From positions 192,380 to 256,379 of the forward strand of contig NMRA01000133.1 of assembly GCA_002633005.1 (NCBI GenBank): a stretch of 64,000 nucleotides of DNA. The letters are read 5' to 3'. Below are positions 26,901 through 41,900 of the stretch, piece by piece. The position numbers and the translations under genes are program-made. The notes under the pieces were generated by a model, which saw nothing but the letters and a program-made list of their open reading frames with translations, was not told where the DNA came from and did not search any database. Every line of letters starts with the position of its first letter. The stretch's first letter is position 1. Source of the stretch: Phoronis australis. Its lineage: Eukaryota; Animalia; Phoronida.

Positions 26901-29900
26901 CAGATAGTTAAACCCCCCTCTGGTCCTGATCTGGGATCTCGGAGAATAAAAGAAAATGTGTAATAAAATTTTCTGGAAAACGTGGTGGCTGCAGCCTACA
27001 TTTTAAATCCACGTGTTTACACACTCATTTATCAATTCACCATCTACCAAACTGTTTAAAAACTACAACCAGTTTATAAAACAAACATTTACACTAGTTC
27101 ACCATGTTTGTGACTTTGTCCTGTCTCACCAATATCATCAATAAATTCCACTGCATTCTAGAATGATTTTTTCGAAATTTTGCTTAAAAGATTTATTTCA
27201 GGTTGACTGGCCTGTTAGCGGATAGCCAGTCTCTATTTTGACTTTGGGGCGGTGATGTGATAGGGTGATATCTTTGTTTAACTAATCATGCTTAAAAATG
27301 TGCGTTTTCTCACATTTTGTCACGTTGTTAAATGCTATATAGAATGTCTACCGACAGTTATGTGAACTTTTCTCTGCCAAGAGATTTTGGCAAACGTAAT
27401 TCATGCATTAAATAGCCCCAGGTTTTTCAGCAATCAGGATGCAAACCACGGTTCCTATAGTTACTCACAAGTTTCCTTTTGTAAATTGAGAAATGTTCAC
27501 AGTCAAAAAGCACATTGCCATTGGCAAAGTATGTATTGCCATAAGACTGCATTAATTGAGTGGTCTCAGTCTGGTAATGGAACATTTTGCTAGTTTGTTT
27601 CAGACAGAAATTATTGAATTTTGCTTTCTGTCTTCGCTTCCTGGCAAAACTCTGCGCCAAAGTACCACTTGAGAAAATAACTGTATTTCGTCCTATTGGA
27701 ATCAGTTTTTAGTTTAAGACAAGACTTATGATGTGGTCGTTTGGAATTCGACCTTTTCAATTTAAATCAACATTTTCTTTTCTTATCTTCCAATCCAGTT
27801 AGCTTCTGGCTGGAGTCCATTTAATGCATTGACCCTGGAGGTCTGAATTCAATATTCTCCAATCGGATGAAAAGACTTTTTTAATTCAAACCACACTTCA
27901 TGCTATCTGGACTACAAGCAATAGGGCTATGGTTTAAATGAAATTTCATCATTTGTCGACTGCTGTTGTGGGTTAGACTCTGGCATGAATTTAGAATTTA
28001 CAATTTAGCTGGTTATCTCTGGGCCTTTAAGAGTTCTTGAGGATAAATCTATTGTCATGTTCTAATCTTGATTTTTTAGGCTTAATTATTTTCCTTATAC
28101 CGACATGAAAATTATTTTTGTCCTTATTCTTAATTTTTATTAAGCTGTACCATAAAACCTAAGACTATTAGTCGTTTTTTAGTAGTCATGGGTTTGTGAT
28201 ACCGTCTTTCTTTTGTTAGAAATATTCTTTTGTTTGAAATATTGCTTATAAAAAGGTGAGTATGCCAGGACCATAAAACTTTGACTTATGATCTGCTCAT
28301 AAATTCAGGCAATGACAAAATATTTACTCACATCCTAACTACTTAAGTACACATCTTTGTGTCTATGAGACCACAACATGACCAACTATTGGTAGTGGTA
28401 AGATAACTCTACACTAAGATTAGCTCAGAATTTAATGAAACTATTGGAGAAAAACCACATGAAAGATGATGGTCTTAACACCTTTATAAGTCCTTTGAAA
28501 ATCTACTTTAATTTTTGACATTCATACACACTGAGACCCACCAACGAGCCGCACTTTGTTCTGGGTTCTTGCTGTAAAAGTGACACCAGTGTCAGTGAAG
28601 TTTAGTTCGCACTGTGCGCTAAAATTTCACCGATTCAGAACACAAATATGATGGACATGTGAAATTCCATTTTTTCCTAAGAAATTTAGCTATGTTAGAA
28701 GCCTTTGAAAAAATGTGGAAAGGAAGTTTTTGTGCAATTATTTATGTCCAAAATTAACAAGATTTTACCATAAATGAATGTCTTACTTAATGATTTGTCT
28801 TTTTGGTTCTTCCTGTGTTTTTTGTTTTGTTATTGTGATTAATTTATGATATTTGATGAGTCACGCATTTTATTTAAAAGTAGTTAAAATTTTTCAAATT
28901 CCATTTTATTGAAATTTTCAAATTCCTTAGATATTGTTAAAAATCTTAACATTTAAATATTGCGGTTAAACTGTTTCTCCAGTTGTCCAATAAAAGTTCC
29001 CACAGCTGAGAGTCACATGTTTCACTCGACTCAAGGAATAATTGGTCTATTTATCATGCTGCTGTAATTCATATTTCTTATATGACTATGCTCGGCGCAG
29101 CAAGACATCTCTCCCGAATCAGGCCGGAACAAGCTTCAGGTCTTATGAAGGTTGCTTTGTATTTCCCAGACCCTGTGACCTGGCCTTTGTTTTATCTGGT
29201 CTGCGGTATGTTGCTCCCTGGGGCTATGGTAGTTCAGAACCACTTTGAAAGTTCTGTTCCTAAGTCTCATCAAGTATTTGCATTTCTCTTGTAAGAAGAT
29301 CTATTAATATCCGGACTTGTTGATGGTTTAGATCATAAATTGTAGGTGTTCTATTCATCGTGCCCCCATTCTCAAATTCCACATTGTTTTTGTATCCGTG
29401 ATCCAGAATGTTGAGAGCTAAGTAATGGCTTCAGGGCATAGTCGTGTTTTTTGCCTTATTAGTCAGAGCTGTGCTTTGAATTCAAATTGGAAACGTGTGT
29501 ACAACTTTCTAGCCGTGACCTTTAGCACACATTCCCCTCTTTTCAATATTTCTGACAACTACATCAGTGACGATTGTTTCCTTTTTAATAAAAAGTAGAT
29601 GACCGTATTTCGGTAAGATGTTTTCCACGAAACTTGAAGATATAATGATAATGGTCGCTTTTGTAAATCAGATCTCTGACACAGCTTTTAAAAAATGATC
29701 TAAACCGGCTCCAACGGGTGGACATCGAATGGCTAATAACGCATTATTTAGACATAAATATTACCAGGGCTGAGACATTAGTTAGTCGGGCCAATTTGCC
29801 GGTTGACATCGGTTGCCAATCTACTCCTCAGATGTATAATAAACTCATTGCCCACAACTATTAACCTTACATGGCCTTACTAGGGAAACCTACAAGTTAT

Positions 29901-32900
29901 TTTTTATCAATTGCTAGTCATGAGATTCAAATTCTGATTTGCATCGCCTCGTTAGTGCATAGCCTAATTAAGGATTAAACATGTTAAGAGTCACATTCCT
30001 GAATTTTCAATAATTTCGTTTTTGACTGATCATGCTGTTACAGTAATACGTGCCAAAATTGTAATTTTCTATTTTCATTGGCTGAATACCTCGCAGCAAA
30101 TTGTGGAAATATTACTAAATGTCATTTTATTACATCTATTCACTGCAAACTGGATTAATCACGGACTAAAGCTTATTCATCTTAACTTTTAAAAAATTTG
30201 ACAAAATGAAATTTTACTCAACCTTAATGTTGTGTACTGAATTGGCAGAAGGTTACCATATGTGCCCAACCTCTGATTTTTGAGTTTCTCAGTTTGAATG
30301 CCTTGGACTTCACAGGAACAAACATGGCAGGTTTTACAAAAAGTGCTTCTTGGCAGGCCAATAGTATTATATGAATTACTCAAATCCCTTGACAATATTG
30401 AGTGCCACCTATTTTGAGGCAGTGAAGTTTTTTGCCTGAAGGTTAAATGGATAATTGATGTACTTAGGTTGGGTTAAAACTGAGTTACTGTTTTGTTCAT
30501 TCTGGTGTTCAAAAATGACCGACATGAACAGGTGTATTTTACCAATCTTTTTTGCTTATTCAAGTATTATAGACTTCAATACACTGAGCAACCTCCTTAT
30601 CTCTTCCGCATCACCTTTGGGCTTTCATAACTGGCAAAATTTCTTCATCTTTTGCTGTGCAAATATACAGTTTGTTAGCTATGGGATCTCACCTGTAATC
30701 CTCAGATTGTTTTTCACCTGTGCTGGCACTCGATAACTCTGTGTGTTTGCCAATGCACCTTTTTGAAATACAGGGGTCTATGTCTACCCGGACAAGTTAA
30801 TCCCTGTCTTTATGCGACCGGTGTCGATAATTGGCAAATCGAGATAATGTTCTTTGTTACCACCGTCCCTTGCTGATATTTGTGTGTTTGACTCTTGGTA
30901 ATTTTCATTTGATAAGCTAGTCACTGTTGGCCGAGGTTCATGAAACGCTAGTGAATTTTCACTGACGTCCTATTGGTTACCCTGCTAACCAAGCATATCA
31001 GCTGAGTTTTTTTTAAACAAGTATGTTATAGAATGTGCTCGGGTAATGTTGGAAAATTGGAAAAAGCATTTCTTCCTCATGTGTCACGGCATTCGTTTTC
31101 CTCCAAACGGTATTCGTTTGCACGTGTCCGTAATGTGTCATCGACTACACAGACTCTTCTGACGCCTGCGCATGTGTTTGCAGCATTCAAATGGAGTCAA
31201 CAAATCTAATCCCCTATTCCATCTAATAACCCTAGCTCTCTGTTGTTTTCCAATACAAATTCACAGTTGCTGCCTCGTTTATTCCTAATGTATTGCACAA
31301 AGTCATGCAACCTATAGCACACCTACGTTGTGGACATGTGACTTTCTCATTTAGAGGTGGTTCTTAATCTGGCTGATCTCAGCAGGGTCATTGGGGGCCA
31401 GATACTCCAACCATTAGGAGAGACATTTGTGTGTGATTTATCTTGAACGAGGAGAGTTCAGTAGTTGTAATTGATATAGTCACAGACTGGTATGATGTTA
31501 TCTGGGGACATGGGCTAACAACTGGGATGGAAACAGCAGTGACACCTGGTGGATACTGCTTGGAACTGGGGAGTTTTTAGTGGGATGGGATGATTCAGGT
31601 GTTACTGTGTTAACATTTATTTTCAGAAAATAGATTTCTTTTTTGAAATATTTGCAATATTTATATCAATGCAACAGCTTTAAGTATCAGTTAACTGCGA
31701 TGAGAATTAAGCTAACATCCGTGATAAGATATTAGTGTTTTCCAAGGTTAACATTAAGGTGTCTCATCTTTGTCACTACTGTAATTTCCCAAGACTGTTA
31801 AATTACCCCAGCTATCAATGTATTGATTACATGCATTTTATTCCTAAAATCCATGAAAGCATTGAGCTGCTTCAGGTCAATTCTACCTGTGTAGGCCTAT
31901 ATTTATGTGAATTTCACCATTGGTACACACAGAGCAAGTGGTTTTGTCAAATGAGGTGGTTGAGCAGACCCCTTGGTCAAACTATTGTCCCCTTCTTCAT
32001 AATCATCCTCTTTAAAATCCATTGCAATTCATTCCAATGGCCCTCAGGCACATTTTTGGTTGGTTTTCTATTCAGACTGAAGTTGCCTGTTGTCAGCCTA
32101 TTTGGTAACCCAGTCTGATAATGTTCACTATGCAGTCTATTTGTTTACCTATGGAGGACCCAAGGCTGTAGCTGAATAGTGCCTTAGAATAAATGAAACT
32201 ACAAGTTCCTGAATCGCAGTTCTTGTTGCAGACATGAGAAATTCTACTCAAAACACAGTGCTTCTTTTTCACTTCTTTTGGCATTGAAATGGTATAAAAT
32301 AGTACATACATTCTGCTTTCTCTGGCACCTGTTTCAAGAATGAATTCGAATTTTACTTGGGCGAATTTGGCTTACTTGCTGTGGCATGAGTTTTAGCTTT
32401 TGAGAGATAAGTTGATTTTTAGGCGAATGAGGACATTTTGGACTTAGGAACCATTGAACTAGTTCACTACATGTATTCCAACACCTAATGTTCAAACTCT
32501 CCACAGTATGGACATGGGTGGTCAAACATTTACATGAAATTTAAAATTCCTGTGGAGTTTGAATTTTTTTATGTGAACAGCAATATTTCACGAAACCTTA
32601 CCTTTTAGCAATTCTATGTTCTCCAAAATAGTAAATGTAAACTTGATTTTAAGATGTCTTTGTGATACTGTTTTTAGGAGAAGGTGAAATTATCAACAAA
32701 ATGTGATTTCCTGATAACATATCACTTCCATGTTTTTATATCCTTCTTGGTCACTTTTGGTAATTTGCCACAGTCACACAAAGGTTTAGGATAAGTTTTA
32801 CTATTGGAAATTTTTTTGCGGTATTTAATTTCATCTAAATGTCAGTTTATTGCATGTGTGTCATGGCTTTCCCAGTAAGAACATGAACAATGTCATGACA

Positions 32901-35900
32901 TTGTTATGCGCTCTCTATCAACACAAATAGATTAAATTGAATTCTTTTGTCAGAACGCTGTACTTATCACTGTCATCTATGCTTCCTAGCACTCTAGCAG
33001 GTGCTTGAGGAATTGAAATGTATTGCATGGAAATGTACATCGGTTGTAAAGAGGACATTTTAGTTGACAAGAATTTCATGCCAAGTTGTTAATGGCACCT
33101 CGAATTTTCATCTTGATGCAATAACTTCCCATGTTATCACCAGAGAGCCATTCATCGCAGATTCTAAATACCCTCTTTTGTAGATCCACTGAAGGATATT
33201 TAATACTGGAGTACCAAGAGTAGGCATGCTTATAGGGCAACTGGCACTTTTTGTAGTATTTGAAACAATGTCCTGTTTGTTTTTGTCTGGAACCTTAACA
33301 ATTTTCAAGAGGTCAGTCCAGTTTCAAGTTTAAGGGCAGGCTATGAGCTCTTCTGCTGGGTTGATTTAGTCAAAGGTTTCTGTCGTAAACAATCTGTGAA
33401 ATGCCTTTGTCAGACCTGGTTAAATACAGCCTAGCTTTCAAAAATACCTTGTGGGATAGACTGGGCTCACATAATTGCAACACTAGCTAGTTCATTAAGG
33501 GCTGCTTTCAGGGTCTTCTCGTAATGTTTGAGTGGGTGACAATAGGTAAATGGTACATGCGAGTAACTTTGAACGGCCGTTTTTTGTTGCCAACTTCATT
33601 GTCACTGGTCGGGTAAGATTGTGGTGTTTGGTTTCAAGGTAATTTTAAATTAAGTAGACTCCAAGACTCTTGAACCCAATTCACCGATTTGGTCAAAGGA
33701 TTGAATGTGTTAGCGGTTTTGATCTTTGGCAATGTTACACCTTTTCTCAGTGTTGCCACGTGTAGAAAAGCCTTGGTATGAAACATTTCATTGTCATTGG
33801 AGTCAAATTAATTTGGTTTTCAATAGCCCTGTGATGGACAATAAGCATATCAAAATTTAGTTGACAAACCGAAACATTTCTGCAGGATATCGGTCATTTC
33901 ATTTTCTGTTTTCAATATTATTGCAATGTCGTGAGTTTATTTCAATCCGTAGGGTGTCAATTATTTGTTGCTAGACCGTGGGACTACCTATTAATTTTCT
34001 GTTGAAAAGGATTGAACAAGAAGAAATAATATCCAATAAATTTTTCAATTCTGTCAGTTATGTAGAAAATTCTCAAAATTCTCCCCTACAAAAGGACACT
34101 TAAACTTCTCTTGACCATTGGTGGACATGACCTATGGCCTCGACAGATGGCCAAAGCTCCCTGTATGGGGCTAGCTAATGACTGTGAAGAATCACAATGA
34201 GGCCAATGAGGGCTTCATTGTACCTGCCTCCTTGTCTGATAATTCTGGCAAAGTAGAGCTTATTTTCCTCTGATAATGTTCTGACAAACAGAATCAGTGG
34301 CTGTGTCAAGTATAATTATCTTGTCATAGGTAGCCTAATTGAATTACTGGAGTTGGGGCAACTTGTAAATATATCTCCTAAAGTGGAGAGTGGACCAGCA
34401 TGCATCTGCTGAAATGAATGAGTCACTGGTCTCTGCCTCTGGAAATTGTACTTGAAACTTAGAAAAAGATTGAGCGTGGAATTGCACAGTGCTCTACTCA
34501 GCTCTGCTCAGTTGCTTTAATACTTCAAAACAGGCCCTTAGTCCAAAAGTTGAAAAGCTGAAAAGCAGAGTCAGTGAACTAAAAGATATTGAACTTGCTT
34601 CAATTTTAAAATCATTCCCTTCTTTGGATTTGTTAACTACTCCATAAATTATATAGCTCTCAGAGGCCAATACACAATAACATGGCCTTATCTCTCAGTC
34701 TGGATTTCAATTACCAAAATTCTTTATGTATTTGATTATCAGCTTGACTACTGATGGCTTTATCTGTCTTCATTTGCCCACTTCATTTTAATGGAGTGTT
34801 CTCCCACCCTGGAATTGACTTAATAATTAATTGAAAATATCTAGTGCCTACATGTGAGATCTCCTTATTTCAAAATATGATCACTTACCTGAACCTACCT
34901 ACAAATCATCACAAACATACGTAGAATTTCTGAAAATTATGTCCTTAGCAAACATTCAGCAATCCCTTTTTAATTTTGTTTCATGTCTAAATGTTTCTAA
35001 GGTAGAAATTACAGATGTTCTGTACCTTCTTCTGTATTGTAGCAATCTGGGTGGTGCATTGTGGAATAGTTGTCAGGCGTTCATGAACAACTGGTGACAA
35101 GCAGATAACTTTTTGACATCATGTATTCTGATTTATGATTTGCATTGCAGGTGGTGAGAGTCTTCTTCAGTGCCTCGAGAATCTTTCCACTGGAAAAAAT
35201 TTGCTAATGCATTTTGAGGCATGCTGTTTTCAATGTTTTAACTTTCTCATAGCAATTGCTTTTTCAAACTGCTACTACCAAACACCATCTTACCATGGAC
35301 TTTTTATAGATAATCTATGATGTTACAGTGGACCTATGCTTTCAGTTATGGTGTGATCATGTGACAAGTGTCGTTTTCAAACACATTCTTTAAACCTCAC
35401 CAAGTTATATATGTTGTCATTGGATGGTTACGAGCTGACAACTGTCCCCGTAATGCCTTTCAAAAAAAACGACAACAGTACCTTAGATGAAGTCCCTTGG
35501 ATTCTTCTTGCGAAGTCACCATGAACTACTGCACGAGTTTACTTAATGTCATTTTCTGAGTCTGTGTTACCATCGTTTATGTGTGTCCTGTTGTCAGAAC
35601 AGGTGAACAAATACCTAAAAGGCAGCAAAGTTCTAAATCAAGGCCCCAGGTAAACACAGTTAGGAGCAAAGAAAGACCAATGCCAGTTCAGTGAGTCTGT
35701 CTTTGTGTTGGTATTAACACAGTTCCATGTCTATTACATAGGCACCTGTGATTACAAAATACCCCTGTTAAATCCTATCAACATTCTTTGCACCTTTTTA
35801 AATGACATCTCACCTGTTTATTAAGGTATAAAGTCGCTCTGTCATTAGACTGTCTGTTCCTTTAAAGGAGCAACAAAGCCCACATCCATAAGAGCCAGTT

Positions 35901-38900
35901 TGGCTGCTTCAGGCTTTCATCATCGAAGTATTGACTGTTTGGTCTAAGTAAAAGAAATTGATGTTTGGACCATTGCTGTGGCATGTTGCATAAAATTTAC
36001 AGCTAATGTGAGAATTGGAGTTGTTGGTGTTACAGTTCTTTGTTTAGGTGTCATTGTTCAGAGGCGACTAAAGTATGAAGGCATGTTGAACTTGAGTGAT
36101 CTCAATGTACTCTTAAACAAATCCTTGGTACAGCAAGTGAAGAACATGAATTGGTGGTATCAGGAGGTCCCAATCACATTCTGTTGTCCTGTAAGAATGA
36201 AATGGCCACCAGTTTCAACTGCTTAGATATTGTCAGCCATGAATGAATTATCAGGCAAAATATCCAATTCTGCACCATAATGGAGAAATAAGCTTCAGGG
36301 TATTTGAGTGGAGGTCAGGAGCTGTTCCATTGTTTTGTAATGTTGCCCCTTGCTTATTTTCATTAAATTAGCACTTCATTAAACTAAGTCTCCTATTGGC
36401 GATTTCTTCAGATGCCAGTTAGAGATACTGCTATGGAATCTGGCATATTACTGCTACAGACATTACTTCCTGTTGTACAATTTGTGATTCATACGTGCTG
36501 GTTAAGGTTTTGGAGGGAGTCACCAGGCCACCAAACCTTGCAACATTGCTGCCTGTCTGAATTCTTCCATGCACTTGGATATATCCCCTTCGGCCATATT
36601 GTTGAGGACATCTGGTGTTCCACCAACAGACTTGAGCCTGTCAAGTCTGACCTACTCCATAAACACAGGCACCCATTAAGGACATGTCTGTCAACAGGGT
36701 CCCTCATATGGACCTGAAATTACTGTGGTGTGACATAAGATTTCTTCTTGCCTTCCAAATGAGGCCTCTGTCTTTGTTTCAGCCATTGTGTGGACTGGGA
36801 GAAAAATAGTAAACTCTCTTTCTTCTGATCAGATGGTAAAAGATGCACAAATTCACTTAATGAAATTGAAATAAAGAAGCGGGTGTGGGCTGTGGGGCTC
36901 TGAGACTAATTAACTTTAATCTCCAAGTTACGTGTGTATTTTTGCTTGCTTGAAGTTGTGCTTTTGTGTGGCATACCAAATATGCAGAGTTGCTGCCATG
37001 GTCATTCTGGCCAAAGCGTTCGTCATCATTTCGCAGTATTTTGTCTACAGCACCTGTTATGCAGTTTTATAATTTAATACGGAACGTCATTGGTGGCGTG
37101 TTTGAATAATTGCTCTTTCCATCAATGTCTGGCTGGTGTTGGTATTGCGGCAACCATGGGTGACCAACCTGACATCGCGGAAATTGCTATCCCATGAAAA
37201 CAGCCAATGAAATAACAAATGCCCGTCATTGAATTCTGATTAAAGCCAAACGGTTTGCAAGGTGATGATGTTTGTGCTGGGTGCACCAACTGATTGCGGT
37301 CACGTGTTCTAAGAAATTCCGCAAAAGATGGTTTCAATATGGTTAATGACTCTATTCGGTCACGTTCCCTCCACCAAGACCATCAACAAATATGCCGCCT
37401 ATCTTTTAACACCCACTGACCATTGGTATTAGTCAACTTATTTTATGGATTTCACCTGGTGTTGGAGTCACTCATGGTCAAGATGGTGACCGCCATCCTT
37501 TGGTGTTAGTGATGGGATTACGTAAACCTATTGGTCATCTTCCTTTATGATCCCCCACTCCCCTCCATCAGAACATTTACATTAGGAAGGTGTTGAAAGA
37601 TATATAGGACCAGTCTGTAGTGGACTCCCAACAAATGTTCTTAGTTCCTCTCAAGGGAACAAGGAATTGCAAACATCCAACAACATAACACAGTGGTGTA
37701 ATGTGTATAGTCAATTTTCTGGAAATATTTACATGGTTGCCGCAAAATCGTTTTATGATATTTTTGTTTGATTCGAACTGACATTACACTCAACTGATTG
37801 TAAATCGCAGAAACACAAATGGTAACCGAAAACGTACAAATAAAACGAAAAATATCGCTTTATTGCGGAAAAGGTAGTAAATCTGTAATCGGGCTTATTT
37901 TTATGGGGCCCATGCGGGTTTTAGATTAGTCACGGAATGCCTTGCTGTGATCATGTGTCTTTGTCTAGCCAATCATCATTCATCTTCGAGTAAAACTAGA
38001 GTTATTAAAGAGGGATCTATTTCCCAGAAACGTCAAAACAACCACAGTGACACAAAATTTAGGCATTTATTTGTTATCATACGGAATCCATTAAAGTGGT
38101 TGCCGCCACCAGATTTGGGTCGGACTCCCAAAGCATCACCTCATCTGTGAACCCAATGTTTACTTGAAATGCAAATAGTGACAATTTAAATTGTTGTTCG
38201 CCCTTTCTAGAGTTGCTCTCCAGACAATATGCCGGGGTTTTTTTGCTCTAGTTCATTGGCATTACCAACAGTAGTTCCTTGCAAGAAATCACAAGCTTGG
38301 TTGCGAAGCTACCATATTTGGTTTGCCTAAGATTTTTGTATGTGCGGTCCATTCTTTTTTCAGTTTCAACAATAATTTATACATCCGGATTTTTTCGAAA
38401 ACCAAGACCTGTTCATTTCCCTACCGCATGTTTGCAACCTGTCACCTAATTACCGACCTGTCATTTGCAATCCGTTGTTATACAACACATTTTTCGTCTT
38501 CCTCAATGTGCGTCTGAGTATTGTGTAATCTTGACATAATTAATGAATTCCATTTGTTTGTCATCCGTTTGTATGGAAATATTTTCCTTGGCGGCCATTT
38601 GTGTCACTGCGAGTTGCATCCCGAACAAGACGGTGAGACACAAGTAACTATCGAGACAAAAATCACCGTAGATTTTGTTATTGTTGTGATAGTCCTACAC
38701 CTTCAATTTAATACAACTTGATCCTGGTCAACTTGCCTCAGCACAAGTACATAGGCAGTCATCCGTATTGAAGTGGAAACTGAGCTATGCCCTCGTGTGA
38801 CTTAGCTCATTTGAACTAATTCCTCCCACTGGATATGTGCGCAGTAATTTCTTATTATTATTTCTGCCTTGTACAAGTCGCAGTTTTGTTGTTTGGTCGC

Positions 38901-41900
38901 TAAGCTGCTGGCAGCAAGACGCCATTCACAGCTTCCAAAAGAAAGTGTGTTCTGGACTTATCTCCCCTGCTTGCAAGAAAAATGGCTTCTGATTTTTGAC
39001 ATAAATCATGAGCATTTAAACTACATCACAAAAAAGTGAAAATAAGTTGTCTTTAAAAGTTAATGTCTGAGTCTGTCTTTATATATCATAGTTGTGGAGG
39101 CTTTGTCTTTGGGTGGTATTGTTCACTGATGATTTTGAACAGAAGAATCACTGTACATAGTCTTTTGTCCATTGAAAATCACAGTGACCTTGTCTGATTC
39201 TTTAGAGATGATGCCCAAGCTTGAGTCAGCAGATTATAACCCTAGACTTCTGGAGGCTAGCTAGTGACTCCTCTGTTAAAACACTGTAGAGCGCCAAACA
39301 AAAGAAATCTTATTTTGGATTGTGTATAAATCCGTTACATGTCTGTAGTTCAAATCTCAACGGCACACATTTGGTCGAAATCAATTTCCAAGCAACGTTA
39401 CAAGCTGCTTAGTCGTGAAAAAAGTCAATATTGGGTTGGCACAGGTCAAACAATCTTCTCCAAATCTGGGGGGTCCTGTTTGCTTTCATTTTACATATCA
39501 AATTGATTGGACATGTTGCTTCCAAAGAAACTCTTGTGCGGTGTGGGAATCTTCAGTGATGAATTACAGCTCCGAGTCTATTCTACGTCTGAATACAACA
39601 GTCTTATCAGGAAAAGATAGATGTTTTATAAATGTTCTTGTCAGATGAAGAAATTGATAAATGAATTTTGTCTCGGGTAAAGTGCAGTTGGCCCACTTCG
39701 GTTTGTCTGTTTTCTATATTTCGTTCCCCTTATCACTACCTATAAGTCTTGTCATGTTGGGCGTTTTCTGAACCTAATCTTTGAATACAACTCTGTTTTC
39801 TTCTGTTGATACTTTTAGGGCTACTAAGCAACAGTGTCTGCAGACTTACCTGTTATGAAATGATATGAGTGACCACTGCTGACAAATGTTTATCTCTAGA
39901 ACTGGCAGGTTAAGCCTATTGTGAATTGGAATACCTAGATGTTTGTTTGTATGTAGACACAGCTTCCTGCTTTTTGAAATTTAAGAAGTTCTGTTTGTCG
40001 TGGACGTAGAAAAACACCTTAAGATCAAGTGCAACTAGTCTCTACAACGTTGTATGGAGTATTCATTACATGGCGCCACGGATTTATTTTCTTAAACTTG
40101 GACTGGGCTAACACTTATGCTAGGCTTCACACCCATAATTCATTTGGCCCAGACTTCTTGTAAGTGCCAGTGTGTCCTTGTGAGCGGATGTCTTATAAGA
40201 AGGTTACCTCCAGATTGTAGGACTTCCCAAAAGGACCAGATATCCTGATTAGTTCTCCCAAGTTGAAGTTGGTGGTGTTTTTAAACAGAGTTATAAGTCT
40301 TTTATACCCTGTTGCTTAACCAAGCCTTAAAGCTTCATCATTTTATACCTGAGATATTCAGAAGGTGTTCCTGTCAATCAGATCATTACTCATGGAAATA
40401 AATGTTATCTGTTAAATCACTCGTGTCCAAGCGATCATTACTACTGATGTCTTCATTGGGTTGTTGTTGCCCAGTCATTGTTGATAAACCTATTTTACAT
40501 TGTATGTCATTACACACATCTAAACACAATGTGAACAAAATGATGACATGTAAACAGGAAAAGATGTAATACACACAGGTGTGAACATTTTTGGAGAACT
40601 GAGAAAGAATGAGGACAAAGCAGGCAGTTATTAGTTCTATCAATGAGACTCCAGTTCTTGCCTTTGGCTATAGATTGTCAAATCATGTGGCCCTTGATCA
40701 TCTCTCATTCTCTCCTTTACATCTCAGCACACCTATGATCGAACCCATTGTTTAATTACAATGCATGTAATTAAAAAGAACAAACTAGACAATAAAGCTG
40801 GTTAATTAAGATATTGGTTGAAAGATTATTGACAGCCGTGTAACAATGCAGCAGGAAGTTGAAAACTGTTCCAGTTAAACATGTGAATAATAGTTGGTGA
40901 ATGGTCGACTGGAGACATTCTTGGTTTGTTTTGATTTCAAATCAACCCATGTCCAGCACCTGTGTGCGAAATATGTGGAGAGACAGGTGGGTTACCTGGT
41001 ACCTGTTCTCCAACAACATACCTTCATTTGGGACACGGGGATACTATTTGACCCCCCAGACATGGCATTGGGTATTGTACTATAGGTGCCATAGCTCAGA
41101 ACCTGGCGTGTTGAGAAGTGTTTGGTTTGTTACTATTGACTCCCCCTGGTGAATTTTGAGACATCTTAATCATATATATTTATGTTTTTTTTTTGAAATT
41201 CACGGATTTTCAATGGATTGCTCTTGTCACATTTGATATAAAGAGGGATTATCAACTGTTCTTGTCCTGTTGTTGGGTTATTTTGTTTTCTCTGCAATCT
41301 TGAAATCTTAAATACCATAAATTATAGTCACAACACACCGCTCATTAGAAATTTGAATTGCCCTTCAGTTGAAATCTACTGGACTGCCTGAGTGACAGAG
41401 TAAACATGAAGTTTAAGGATTTGAACAAACATTTATTCACAAGGTTCTTTGTGAGGACGTTGAGTCAATGTCAACAAACTTGGGAGCAAGTTTTCAACTG
41501 ACGCTTCCATCCCTTTAGTCTGGACCAGTAATTCCATTTAAGAAAACATGTGATGCACTTTTGAATAGGCACCGTTACGTAAAAGAGGAAACCACGCTTG
41601 TGGAGACCAACAGTGAATTTTTCTGTGTGTACAATAATGACGAAAGTATGTACCGGATTGTTGTTTCTAAAATGGATGACCCGGAAATTACTTAGGTCAT
41701 CAATGAAATAATGGTGTGACGTAAAACTAGTAACAATTTCGTTTCCTATTCTCGGGTTCTTGCATTGTAGCTGTGTGTACTGTGAGTAATAGGGTCGATA
41801 ATGAATTGAATTTACTTTATTTGAACTGTTTTAGGTCTCTGCGACAAACAAAGCGGTAATAGCCTTCTTACACGGTGCCACAAATTTCACTGTAATCACG

